From positions 4,943-68,942 of IMG/VR virus record IMGVR_UViG_3300028423_000586: DNA of 64,000 nt. One strand, 5' to 3'. The DNA comes from a virus. This document shows, in pieces, positions 47,470 through 57,192 of this stretch. The position numbers and the translations under genes are program-made. Position 1 is the first letter of the stretch. The number at the start of each line of letters is the position of its first letter. The notes under the pieces were generated by a model. That model saw only the letters and a list, made by a program, of their open reading frames with translations. It had not been told where the DNA came from and searched no databases.

Positions 47470-48054
47470 GTGAAAGTACCGACGTTTAATAATAAACCTA
47501 ACGAATGTGTAACACTTGCTGACGGTAGAACAGTCTTTCTATCCCGTTCTACAGCAGTGTGTGTAGCAGTTACTGCTCTAGTTAATGGGAAACTTTATAC
47601 TCTCGTATCTCATAGAGGTAAAGGAGTACCTAACTATCAATACCATCAAAACCTTATTTGTGGTTACCTAGATTATAACGAAACTCTACATGAAGCTGCT
47701 TTACGGGAAGTCTGGGAAGAAACAGGTTTTGATATCTCTTCAATTAATAAAGGGATTGTGTATGGTATTCAAAACCCTCCTTGGGCTATCTCTGATTTAC
47801 CTAAAGGTAAAGTTCAAAACATTACTCATCGTTATGGTTTTGTTTTTAAAGTAGACTCCCTAGATGACTTACCTACCTTATCTAACGCATATTCAGAAAA
47901 AGATGAAGTCATCACTTCTGAATGGGTAAGTCATAAAGACCTTCTATTGTTACTTGATAACAATCCAGAAGAGCCTGAAAAGTCTTGGGCGTTTAACCAC
48001 TTTTTCGTTTACCGTGAATGGGTTTCTCTCATTAAGGGGTTTGTATGCACTTAG
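47470..48054 (+). CDS. Nudix hydrolase
   Basis: Nudix box GYLDYNETLHEAALREVWEETG. Confidence 0.9.
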   Translation: MKVPTFNNKPNECVTLADGRTVFLSRSTAVCVAVTALVNGKLYTLVSHRGKGVPNYQYHQNLICGYLDYNETLHEAALREVWEETGFDISSINKGIVYGIQNPPWAISDLPKGKVQNITHRYGFVFKVDSLDDLPTLSNAYSEKDEVITSEWVSHKDLLLLLDNNPEEPEKSWAFNHFFVYREWVSLIKGFVCT

Positions 48055-48518
48055 TAAATAAGTTACTAACGTACCCAAAAGAGATACCTGAAAAACATGT
48101 TTATATGTTTACTGGTAATAAGACTGTAATGCGTAATGGTGAGCTTATTATGGGTGGGGGTAATGCTCTTGCTTTTAGGAAAGCGTATCCTGAAAGCCCT
48201 ATAGCTTTTGGTAATATCTTTACTCTTAAGAAAGTAGACCGAGATACAGTCCTCAACTACTTCTTAGACGCATCTCGTTTTAAAGCAGGTAATGGTCTAT
48301 TAGGCTGTATGTTTACTAAGGTTAACCCTAAAGACCCAAGCCCTTTAAAGATGGTGATAGAAGCTATTGAGGATTTGAAAATAACAGCCACTACTCATGG
48401 TCGTAATTTTACCTTCCATCTTCCTTATCCCTCTATTGGGTTAGGTGGTCTAAAACGAGAAGATTTAGACCCCTATATAGAACAGCTACCTGACAATGTA
48501 TATGTATACGTGGTTTAG
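48045..48518 (+). CDS. Macrodomain-like (ADP-ribose processing) protein
   Basis: TGN...IMGGGNALAFRKAYP and LPYPSIGLGGL loops. Confidence 0.7.
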   Translation: MHLVNKLLTYPKEIPEKHVYMFTGNKTVMRNGELIMGGGNALAFRKAYPESPIAFGNIFTLKKVDRDTVLNYFLDASRFKAGNGLLGCMFTKVNPKDPSPLKMVIEAIEDLKITATTHGRNFTFHLPYPSIGLGGLKREDLDPYIEQLPDNVYVYVV

Positions 48519-49219
48519 TTAGCATACTTAGCCAGTGTGAGGTTAGCATTACCTAATGTGAGTGTTCCTCCTAAGTTTGATGCTACCCACACTGATAATT
48601 TATCACCTGCCTTTAACCTAGCTTGCCCACCCCCTGATATTGTTTGTAAATCATTACCATTAGGCTGTTCACTAGACGTAGGACGTGGGCTGAATGTTAT
48701 ATTAGTACCATCGTCTATACCGAGTACAAACGCTACTGTAGCGTTGTTCTGGGAATGTCTGAAGGAACCCCACCCTACATTGATGATATACAAACCATCT
48801 TCAGCAATAACCAATTCTGAATTACTTACCGTAATACCTTCCAGCTCACCTTCAGCTACAAATCCTGTTGCCTTAACATAACCACCACCTGATAACGAAC
48901 CAGATGCCAATGTTACCGGTGGATTAAGCGTATCATTACCTGATGGGTGTGCTGTCATAGTATATAAATTGGGTGATGGGTCATTTATATCTTTCTGACT
49001 TATAGCCATAGAACCATATTGAGGAAAGAATAAACTATGCAGTAAGCTATTTAGTGTATCTGCGTCATAACCTGTTTCCTTGGTATAAGTAACCAAGGCT
49101 TCAGCAACTGCTTCCACTTCTTTCTGTCTTACCCCCTTTATCCTAAATACCCTATCAACTACCTTCTTAATACTCTCTACGTCCGGTTCACGGAACAAAC
49201 TAAACCAGTTAATTTTCAT
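48515..49219 (-). CDS. Probable virion decoration/fibre protein with C1q/TNF-like beta domain, inverted within the middle region
   Basis: LVIAEDGLYIIN...LKAGDKLSVWV pattern; on the late strand. Confidence 0.55.
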   Translation of the reverse strand: MKINWFSLFREPDVESIKKVVDRVFRIKGVRQKEVEAVAEALVTYTKETGYDADTLNSLLHSLFFPQYGSMAISQKDINDPSPNLYTMTAHPSGNDTLNPPVTLASGSLSGGGYVKATGFVAEGELEGITVSNSELVIAEDGLYIINVGWGSFRHSQNNATVAFVLGIDDGTNITFSPRPTSSEQPNGNDLQTISGGGQARLKAGDKLSVWVASNLGGTLTLGNANLTLAKYAN

Positions 49220-49264
49220 GCTATTACCCTTTTCCTTTGGTTTTTCATAATCGAGGATATCCCC

Positions 49265-49645
49265 ATGTCAAGTGTACAACCAAACGATGACTTAGCCTAT
49301 AGAGAGGCTTGTGACCTTGCTTTAGCAATAGAAAGGGACTTCTACCCTGAACCTCCTAAGCTTGAGCTGCTTGATACTACTGATGGTGTCTTGACCCAGA
49401 TAGACAACATGTATGCAGGTATTCGTAGTAAATACGAAAAGCAAGTAAAATTAACTAAAACATACGAAATGCTCATTCGTCGCTTTCTTACTCAGTCCGA
49501 ATTCCATTATTCTATCTTCCCTGAAATTCGCATTCATTGGAGTGAAGCTTTGATGCGAGAAGCATTAGAGACAGTTCCTGATGATGTTCGAGAAACATTA
49601 TTCCCTGACCTCAATAAGATGGAGGAGTTCAAATGCAGGTATTAA
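49265..49645 (+). CDS. Hypothetical protein
   Basis: SD GAGGA. Confidence 0.7.
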   Translation: MSSVQPNDDLAYREACDLALAIERDFYPEPPKLELLDTTDGVLTQIDNMYAGIRSKYEKQVKLTKTYEMLIRRFLTQSEFHYSIFPEIRIHWSEALMREALETVPDDVRETLFPDLNKMEEFKCRY

Positions 49646-50523
49646 CTGCTGAAATAAATACATACGACCAATTGCTTGAGCATGTAGTACGTGAAGCACT
49701 ACCAGTACATAATCAAACAAACAACATTATGACTTACGTTGTCCCTAATGTTGTGGCTATTTTAAAGCCTGATATTTTCCCAATCTGTACTACCCGAAAG
49801 TCCTATTGGAAATCTGCTATCCGTGAATTTGTTTGTTACCTTCGTGGTTATGACCGGTTAGAGCAGTTTCAAGCCATGGGTGTAAAAACTTGGAATAAGA
49901 ATGGACTAAACCCTAACTGGTTAGATAGTCCTTATTGTTCTGAAGAAGGGGATTTAGGTCGTATATATGGTGTACAAATGCGTAATTGGCAAAACACTGA
50001 AAACGTTAAATATGACCAACTCACTAAAGTAATCCATAACCTTAAACGAGGTATTGATGACCGTGGGGAGATTATCACTATGTGGAATCCCGGTGAGCAT
50101 CATATGGGGTGTTTACGTCCTTGTATGTACTCACATACGTTTTCATTGGTAAATGGTACTTTGCACTTAGCGAGTGTTCAACGCAGTGCTGACGTTCCTT
50201 TAGGAAGTAATTACAACTTAGTTCAAGCTTGGTTCTTCCTATGGTGGATGTCTACTGTCACAGGACATAAACAAGGTGATGTTACTCTTCTTATGAATAA
50301 TGCTCACATTTACGATAACCAACTGGCATTAGCTAAAGAGCAGATTGAACGAGTACCTTACGTAGCCCCTAACTTTGTTACTTCCAATTTGCATCCTATT
50401 GCATGGCAGCACCTTGTACTCAATACTGATGAAGACCCTACAGAACATATACTTCTTGATGGGTATGAATGTCATCCACCTATTGAGTATCCTTTCACTA
50501 CTACAGCAGGAGTAAAAGCATGA
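49633..50523 (+). CDS. thyA: Thymidylate synthase
   Basis: DLGRIYGVQ.R, LRPC, QRSADVPLG..YN, NAHIY. Confidence 0.95.
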   Translation: MQVLTAEINTYDQLLEHVVREALPVHNQTNNIMTYVVPNVVAILKPDIFPICTTRKSYWKSAIREFVCYLRGYDRLEQFQAMGVKTWNKNGLNPNWLDSPYCSEEGDLGRIYGVQMRNWQNTENVKYDQLTKVIHNLKRGIDDRGEIITMWNPGEHHMGCLRPCMYSHTFSLVNGTLHLASVQRSADVPLGSNYNLVQAWFFLWWMSTVTGHKQGDVTLLMNNAHIYDNQLALAKEQIERVPYVAPNFVTSNLHPIAWQHLVLNTDEDPTEHILLDGYECHPPIEYPFTTTAGVKA

Positions 50524-50702
50524 CTTTACAAGAGCAAGTAGAGCTTCTTAAAAAAGAACGTGATGAATTACGTGAAGCTCTTAGTGATATGGTGGATGGT
50601 TATGACTCATATGAGTTAATCGAGATGACAGGGTTATCTCATTCTCGTTGTCAAAAAATCATACTTTTAAGTAAGGAACCTGATGATGGAAGACAAAACT
50701 AA
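50520..50702 (+). CDS. Hypothetical protein
   Basis: Overlapping operon ORF. Confidence 0.65.
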   Translation: MTLQEQVELLKKERDELREALSDMVDGYDSYELIEMTGLSHSRCQKIILLSKEPDDGRQN

Positions 50703-50943
50703 AGTAGCTGAAATCACCATATCTTTTTACGTAGATAACAACGACATTCGTAATGTTTTTGTAGAACGTAAAGCAAACGCCTTAACTGATGAAATGTGTA
50801 AAGACCTTCTTGAATGTGAAGAACTCAATGAAGGTACAGATAAGGCAATGGCTGTTGTAGTACACGGGGTATTCAAAAAGAATAATATGGATACAGAAGG
50901 TACTCTTGAAGAACTACCAAGTAACGTAACACGACTTCACTAG
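50683..50943 (+). CDS. Hypothetical protein
   Basis: SD AAGGA. Confidence 0.65.
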   Translation: MMEDKTKVAEITISFYVDNNDIRNVFVERKANALTDEMCKDLLECEELNEGTDKAMAVVVHGVFKKNNMDTEGTLEELPSNVTRLH

Positions 50944-50950
50944 GTGATTT

Positions 50951-51157
50951 ATGTCTAAACATTACGTACATAAATTTAAGTACAAACATGATAGACGTAG
51001 ACAGTATTTCTCTAATTTAATCAAACAAAATAAAGCATCTGTTATTGAAAATGGCAGGTGCTATTTTGTTGTTGATACAGGTGATACTGACTACCGTATT
51101 TCCCGTAAGGGAAGGGTTATAAAGGTCAATCATGGACAACAAACAAATCCAAATTAA
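50951..51157 (+). CDS. Hypothetical basic protein
   Basis: SD AGGTG. Confidence 0.65.
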   Translation: MSKHYVHKFKYKHDRRRQYFSNLIKQNKASVIENGRCYFVVDTGDTDYRISRKGRVIKVNHGQQTNPN

Positions 51158-51341
51158 ATTTCATGGTTTACTCCTAAATGTTTATTACGGGGTACTCCCT
51201 GAAGAAACTCGTAATCACGGTCACCCTGATAATAGACTTCCTGATGAAGAACTAGACATTTGTGTAACCAATGTGAGTATTGAAGATTTCAGCCCTGACT
51301 GGTTAGAGCAACTAGTTAAGGAAGAACTAACTAAACAATAG
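51132..51341 (+). CDS. Hypothetical protein
   Basis: SD AAGG. Confidence 0.65.
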   Translation: MDNKQIQIKFHGLLLNVYYGVLPEETRNHGHPDNRLPDEELDICVTNVSIEDFSPDWLEQLVKEELTKQ

Positions 51342-51349
51342 GATAGCTT

Positions 51350-51709
51350 ATGGTAGAGAATCAACTTTCCTTCAACTTTGACTCATCTACCTTACCTGAT
51401 TTATCAGATAGAGAGTTAGAAGGTATTCGTAAAGCAATATCCTTAAGGTGGAAAGGAATGGCAAATAGGGCTAATTACCAAGATATTAATGAAGCTGTAG
51501 GTATAGCTTTACGTAAAACTACGCTTTCTGTAGATGATAAACGCGAATTTGCTATTAACTTCTCTAATGAGCTACATGGTCGATTTCGTTATGTAGTCAG
51601 AGATATGACTGTAGACCATGTATGTCGTTTAGCAGGGGTGCCTTTTGAACGTATTGAGAGTGCATTAAATACAGGTGAGCGTTATGCGTATCGAGGGTTC
51701 ATGATATGA
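51350..51709 (+). CDS. Hypothetical protein
   Basis: SD AGGA. Confidence 0.65.
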   Translation: MVENQLSFNFDSSTLPDLSDRELEGIRKAISLRWKGMANRANYQDINEAVGIALRKTTLSVDDKREFAINFSNELHGRFRYVVRDMTVDHVCRLAGVPFERIESALNTGERYAYRGFMI

Positions 51710-52119
51710 ATAAAACTCAATCAAATAGACGTTTATCTATTATTGAACGTATTGAATCACGATGTGAAATTGTTGATTTAGGTTACGTAATTAATGGTAA
51801 ACCTTCTCCCTGTCATATATGGCAAGGAGGTGATTCAGGTAAAGGTGATGGTGCAGGAAGAGGTTACGGTAGGGTATCTATAAGCGGTCAAACCTGTGCT
51901 ACCCATATTGCTGTGTTTACCCATTACTATGGTTATATCCCTTCTAAGAAACAAGTAGACCATCTGTGTAATAACCGCCTGTGTTGTAACCCTGCTCACC
52001 TAGAGCTAGTTACAGCAAAAGAGAATCACCGTAGACGTGTTAAACGAGCAAAAGGTTTACTAGCTACGGCAGGTTCATTAACCAAAGAAGCAAAGAGACT
52101 TAAAAATGAAAAAGTTTAA
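51706..52119 (+). CDS. HNH endonuclease
   Basis: CHIWQG...VDHLCNNRLCCNPAHLELVT..EN. Confidence 0.9.
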   Translation: MNKTQSNRRLSIIERIESRCEIVDLGYVINGKPSPCHIWQGGDSGKGDGAGRGYGRVSISGQTCATHIAVFTHYYGYIPSKKQVDHLCNNRLCCNPAHLELVTAKENHRRRVKRAKGLLATAGSLTKEAKRLKNEKV

Positions 52120-52810
52120 ATGCGTTAAAGAAGTGCTAGCCAAACCTATGACACGAGGTGAGTATAATGCTTACCGTGGTTGGGCTATTCCAGATACTGA
52201 AAACCCAGAAGATGAAGGTTATCTTGTAGAATATCCTGATTCCCCTTCTGATGATATGCCTCATGGTCATAAGTGTTACATCTCATGGTCACCTAAAGAG
52301 GTGTTTGAGAAAGGGTATTACGCTACTCACACTTACCACGAACGTCTATCACTTGAGTACAGTGAATTAGTAGAGCGTATCCCTAAACTCTTCAATTTCA
52401 TCACTGCTGATGAATCTCCTTACCATTCATTAGATACATCTGAACAGTTAGCATTACGCAAACAGTATACTGCTATGACAGCATATGCTCTTATGTTAGC
52501 TCAACGTATGCAAATTGACTTTGAATACAAGCGTTTACCTTTAGTGAAAGTAGAGTACAACGAAGTAAAAGCTTTAGTTGCCTTAGCGAAGCCTATCTTT
52601 ACTGTTATTGAAGGTACTTCTAAAACTACTTGTGATTTACAAATGCCTAACGGTTATTTGATTGGTTCCGGTGAGAGTAACTGCATTAATCCTGATGACT
52701 TTAATAAAGAGCTAGGTGAGCAGATGAGTTACAACCGTGCTGTAGAAAACGCAATTCAGAACACATTCCGATGTGAAGCATATGCCCGTGTTATTGGGTA
52801 CACTGCTTAA
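52106..52810 (+). CDS. Three-domain protein with C-terminal N4 gp49/Sf6 gp66-like domain; putative anti-defence
   Basis: KPMTRGEYN...YISWSPKEVF; helical ERL..EY.EL..RI.KL; TTCDL.MPNG...GESNCINPDDFNKELG. Confidence 0.6.
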   Translation: MKKFKCVKEVLAKPMTRGEYNAYRGWAIPDTENPEDEGYLVEYPDSPSDDMPHGHKCYISWSPKEVFEKGYYATHTYHERLSLEYSELVERIPKLFNFITADESPYHSLDTSEQLALRKQYTAMTAYALMLAQRMQIDFEYKRLPLVKVEYNEVKALVALAKPIFTVIEGTSKTTCDLQMPNGYLIGSGESNCINPDDFNKELGEQMSYNRAVENAIQNTFRCEAYARVIGYTA

Positions 52811-52819
52811 AAACAACGT

Positions 52820-52850
52820 AGGCACCCGTATTAGGGTGCCTTTTTCTTTT
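52820..52850 (+). terminator. Rho-independent terminator
   Basis: AGGCACCC-GTATTA-GGGTGCCT-TTTTCTTTT. Confidence 0.85.
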
Positions 52851-52880
52851 GGTATTAACTAACTAATTAAGGATTCCCCA

Positions 52881-55403
52881 ATGGAAGTTACTCACGTAAA
52901 AGACCATGTAACCAATGCATCAATTGGTTATTCAAAAGTAGAAGAAATGGGTATTGATAACAGTCCTGAATTCTTCCACATTCTTTCTTCTTCACTTTAT
53001 CAATACCAAACTCTGGCTATGGTACGTGAAGTACTCTCAAACGCAGCAGACGCTCATACAGATGCAGGTAACCCACAACCAATTGAAGTGACGGTTACAT
53101 CTGAATCCGTTAGTTTTAGGGACTTTGGCTCAGGTATTCTTCCTGAACTAATTAAACCTGTTTACGGCACTTATGGTAGTGGTACTAAACGCAATAACGA
53201 AAATGCCATTGGTGGTTTTGGTTTGGGCTGTAAATCACCTTTTGCTTATACGGATAACTTTGAAGTAACTTCATGTTACCAAGGAACCAAGACTATCTAC
53301 CGTATGTCTAAAGCATCTAAAGCGGGTAATGGTAAACCTTCTATTATTACTATGCTTTCTGTGCCTTGTGGTGAAGAGACAGGTATTACAGTTACTATCC
53401 CTATTGAAGAGAAAGACCAGTACAGTATTACTCAGATGATTAAAGGGTATGCTTACTACGGTGAATTTGAAGTAGTGCTTAACGGTGAACTATGTGAAAC
53501 CATGTGTATGAGTATGGAGCCTTATTCATATAAATTTGCTGAATTTCGTAGCTCATACCTATCACCTCTAAGTAACATCTCAAATAAAAGTATGCTAGTA
53601 AGATATGCAAACATCTTATACCCATTACCTGAGCCGACTTCCGATAGTCCTAGTCAGTATCGTGTTCTATTTGACCGTCTTAAAACATTTTTGAATAAAT
53701 TTAATGAACAGCCTTATGTGTATGCTAATTTCATTGTTCAAGCACCGGCTAATTCATTATCAGTACAACCAAGCCGAGAAGGTCTTACTGAGACTGAATA
53801 TACCTATGCAGGTTTAATAGATACTTTACAAAGAGTTTACGATGACCTGAATGCTAAGGTAAATAAAGCGGTAAAAGCTAAACTACCTGTAATTCTAAAG
53901 AAAGCATCTGAATTAGAATTAGATGATTTAGGTAACTGTTCGTGGTTTAGTGAACTAGTGTATGTATGTGGTTCAGCCGAAGATACATATCATCCAGTAG
54001 CATTAATAGATAATTATGTTCAGAACATACCTCTAACTTGTTCTGAAACCAATGTTATCTATAAAGAAGTATTGAAGCGTACTCAACAGGTGATGGGATT
54101 AAGTAAAGATTTTACTTATATGTTACAAAAAGAGTTTAACTCTATTAGTGACCAACAAACTAGATTTAAAACTGATTTAGTTTCCTCACATTACTATGAT
54201 GCTTCAGGGTTTTTAGTTAAATGGTATCGTAAGTTACTTACACCATTAATTAATCCTAAACGTCTGTATGTATACAGCCACGGATTTATTACCCGACAAG
54301 GGTTATGTAATAAGAAGGTCGATGATGTATATACGATATCTGACTTCCATCTCAAACACCCACATTACTTAACAGTATTTCGTAACAGACCCATAATCCT
54401 AACAACTAACTTGCGTAAAACATCTGAGCGTGTAAGTAGTTACAATGCACATTATACAGATATACCTGACCTACACGGTGCTTTGGTTTACCACGTACCT
54501 AATGGTAAGAAAAATGTTGAGATTGCTCGTTATGCTCTAGAGCAAAGCGGTTATGCAGTATACGATTTTACTGTTCAGCTACCTTGGGAAAAGAACTACA
54601 ACCTAAGTACTAAGAAATCAGTATCATCAACTACTGCATTACCCAGAGTAAGCAGTAATGTTGCTAAAGACTCAATCCCTGCTTTAAGTTCCATCATAAC
54701 TGATTCAGGTAACATCAATACGTTACTGTCTTGCCAGCCTGATGCAGTAAGGGTATCTAAACCAATAAGTAATTTACTCATCTACATTAATAAAAACACA
54801 TCTACTACTACAGTAGATATGTATAGTAATGATTTTATTAAAGAAGTAGCTAAGTACTATGGTGACCAAATTGGTATTGTTGGTACTGTAACCCAGAAAA
54901 ATAAATGGGATGCAATAGGTAATAAGAGTCTCTATTTATTAATGATGGAGTTAGTTGTTACTAAATTCAAAGCAGTTAAGAAGGAGTATATTAAATATAC
55001 CTCCACTAGTGATGATTGTATGAGTAAAGTGTGTAATTCACTAAGTAATAATGCTTGGAGAACTAAACGATTTGTAGAAGCTCTACAACAGAATACTGAC
55101 TTACTACCTTATAAAAAGTACCCAAAAAGTAAAGAACTCACAGAGTTTTTATATCTGTACAATGCTGTATTGGATGAGGTTGCCTATCGCCACCATGGGG
55201 ATAAAGCAGTGGTTTATGACACGCTTAAAGAGCTTATCCCTGACCCTGTTCCTTCGGTAGCAATGACTAAGTTCATTAAACAAGTAAGTAACTACCCTGC
55301 TTTAGCTATGATAAACCTAGATGAAGCAGAAAGTCTTAATGAACCTGAAGCTGCTAGTTTAGCTAAACATGTGATTTCACAAATAAGGAAAATCAAAGTA
55401 TGA
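52881..55403 (+). CDS. rIIA: rIIA-like protein
   Basis: GHKL ATPase motifs REVLSNAADAH, RDFGSGI, GGFGLGCKSPFAY. Confidence 0.9.
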   Translation: MEVTHVKDHVTNASIGYSKVEEMGIDNSPEFFHILSSSLYQYQTLAMVREVLSNAADAHTDAGNPQPIEVTVTSESVSFRDFGSGILPELIKPVYGTYGSGTKRNNENAIGGFGLGCKSPFAYTDNFEVTSCYQGTKTIYRMSKASKAGNGKPSIITMLSVPCGEETGITVTIPIEEKDQYSITQMIKGYAYYGEFEVVLNGELCETMCMSMEPYSYKFAEFRSSYLSPLSNISNKSMLVRYANILYPLPEPTSDSPSQYRVLFDRLKTFLNKFNEQPYVYANFIVQAPANSLSVQPSREGLTETEYTYAGLIDTLQRVYDDLNAKVNKAVKAKLPVILKKASELELDDLGNCSWFSELVYVCGSAEDTYHPVALIDNYVQNIPLTCSETNVIYKEVLKRTQQVMGLSKDFTYMLQKEFNSISDQQTRFKTDLVSSHYYDASGFLVKWYRKLLTPLINPKRLYVYSHGFITRQGLCNKKVDDVYTISDFHLKHPHYLTVFRNRPIILTTNLRKTSERVSSYNAHYTDIPDLHGALVYHVPNGKKNVEIARYALEQSGYAVYDFTVQLPWEKNYNLSTKKSVSSTTALPRVSSNVAKDSIPALSSIITDSGNINTLLSCQPDAVRVSKPISNLLIYINKNTSTTTVDMYSNDFIKEVAKYYGDQIGIVGTVTQKNKWDAIGNKSLYLLMMELVVTKFKAVKKEYIKYTSTSDDCMSKVCNSLSNNAWRTKRFVEALQQNTDLLPYKKYPKSKELTEFLYLYNAVLDEVAYRHHGDKAVVYDTLKELIPDPVPSVAMTKFIKQVSNYPALAMINLDEAESLNEPEAASLAKHVISQIRKIKV

Positions 55404-56932
55404 GTACCGTTAAAATCATAGGTGCTATTGTAGACACCAAACGTATCACTCTATACAAGCATGATGGCACTACGATTACTATTCAACAAGGCACTGAAAA
55501 AGTGCCTTTTATTGTTGAGACAGTAATCCCTGCTATCAAAGCAGACGGGTATTACGAAGGTGAACTACGTAGTATCAAACACAATCCTTATGCTGATTAT
55601 GAATCTAAATCCAGTGTGGTTAAGTTCTTCAGCATTGCCCGTAAAAAGCTTGCTAACCTCTTTTCTGCTAAAACAGCAGAGCCAACAGAAGTGGGTAGTA
55701 CTACTACAGATAATGCTGTAAGTGAATCGACAGATGACGGTTTGTCCGAAGTTATGGCTCATGCTGTACCTGCATCAGATTCTAACTTTGATAGTGATGA
55801 ATTTGGTAAGCCTGATATTAACGATGCAGTAGATAACTGTATTAACGATAATCAAGAGAGTGAGAATACCTTGATTGCCGTGGTTGGTGATAAAGTTATT
55901 CCTGATGCACAACGTTTACGTAATTACGTATTTGCAAGTAACATCACAGCTTCATCTGAAGGGCTTGATAACTTCTTTAAACGTATTGCTAACGTAATTG
56001 ACGACAGACTGCACTCTGTTGAAGATTTGCTTGTCTTCTTAGAAAGAGCAGAACTTCCTATCTCTAATGATGGGCGTATTATCTGTTATAAGGCTCTAGA
56101 CTTACTTGATAGTAAAGAAGGGCGTATATTTGTTGATAGCCATACAGGTATGGTAAAACAGCGTGTAGGCTCTATCGTAGAGACTGCTGTTAATAACGTA
56201 GACCCAGATAGACGACGTGACTGTTCTAACGGTCTTCATCTTGCTAGACGCAGTTACTTGAGTTCATTCCCGTGTAATACTTGTACCTTGTGTTACTTAG
56301 ACCCTGCTGATGTAATTGCTGTACCTAAAGGTACGGGTTCTAAGATACGTGTAACCAAGTACGAGATTCTTGCTGAACTCACAGAAGCGCAATATCTAGC
56401 AGTTAAAAACAGTGGTGATATTACTAAAGCTGAAGGCGGTAAGGAACTACTTAACCGAGCTATCAATAATAGTTTCCCTGCACCTAAATATAAAACTTAT
56501 ATTGCCGGTAAGTGTGGAAACGATATTACCTACACTGTACTAGGTAAAGCTGAAACCAAGTCTAACACTTCTACTTCTACAAATACTGATGCTATTACTG
56601 TAGAGGAAGCACTTAAACAACAAGTGAAAAGTGAAAGTGTTGACCCTGTTAGTTTAGATGATGTTGCTAAAGCTCCTGTTACTGAGCCTAAAAAGACTTC
56701 TAAACCTAAAGCTAAACCTAAAGCTAAAATAAAAACCAAGACTAAGGCACCTACTAAAGCTAAAGGCGAATCACCTCGTGCTCAAATAGCTGCTATGCTA
56801 ACCCGTAAGAAACCTTCTGACTTGACTGAAGCAGATATCACTAAACTGAAAGCTCTGAAGAAGCAAGCTAAGAAAGGTTGGGGTGCACTTAATGTAGGTG
56901 CTGACTTTGTAGAAGTCATTGACAAGAAGTAA
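55400..56932 (+). CDS. rIIB: rIIB-like protein
   Basis: DGRIICYK...CSNGLH...DPADVIAVP...KIRV. Confidence 0.9.
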   Translation: MSTVKIIGAIVDTKRITLYKHDGTTITIQQGTEKVPFIVETVIPAIKADGYYEGELRSIKHNPYADYESKSSVVKFFSIARKKLANLFSAKTAEPTEVGSTTTDNAVSESTDDGLSEVMAHAVPASDSNFDSDEFGKPDINDAVDNCINDNQESENTLIAVVGDKVIPDAQRLRNYVFASNITASSEGLDNFFKRIANVIDDRLHSVEDLLVFLERAELPISNDGRIICYKALDLLDSKEGRIFVDSHTGMVKQRVGSIVETAVNNVDPDRRRDCSNGLHLARRSYLSSFPCNTCTLCYLDPADVIAVPKGTGSKIRVTKYEILAELTEAQYLAVKNSGDITKAEGGKELLNRAINNSFPAPKYKTYIAGKCGNDITYTVLGKAETKSNTSTSTNTDAITVEEALKQQVKSESVDPVSLDDVAKAPVTEPKKTSKPKAKPKAKIKTKTKAPTKAKGESPRAQIAAMLTRKKPSDLTEADITKLKALKKQAKKGWGALNVGADFVEVIDKK

Positions 56933-56935
56933 AGG

Positions 56936-56957
56936 AATCCCCTAGTAATAGGGGATT
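56936..56957 (+). terminator. Hairpin after rIIB
   Basis: AATCCCCTA-GTAA-TAGGGGATT (GNRA loop). Confidence 0.55.
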
Positions 56958-56965
56958 AATTTTAT

Positions 56966-57190
56966 ATGACAAACCAACTACATGAGGCTTTACATGCTGC
57001 CTTTAAAGCATTACCTGCCGATTGGGAATCTTACTTTAATGTAATCCCAAAGACAGATGAGGTTGAGTTACGTTTTAATGAGGATTATTCCTCATGGATT
57101 CCTCATTCTGGTTACGTGTATACTAGTGTCCCTAATTTAATCCTGTTAGTTTTAGCAGGATTTAACCAAGGTATTAAGACTAAGGATTAA
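56966..57190 (+). CDS. Hypothetical protein
   Basis: Packed ORF. Confidence 0.6.
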   Translation: MTNQLHEALHAAFKALPADWESYFNVIPKTDEVELRFNEDYSSWIPHSGYVYTSVPNLILLVLAGFNQGIKTKD

Positions 57191-57192
57191 GT

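Noticed and set aside
56690-56770. AAACCTAAAGCT short repeats in rIIB
   Set aside because: They encode a Lys/Pro/Ala linker; ordinary low-complexity protein sequence
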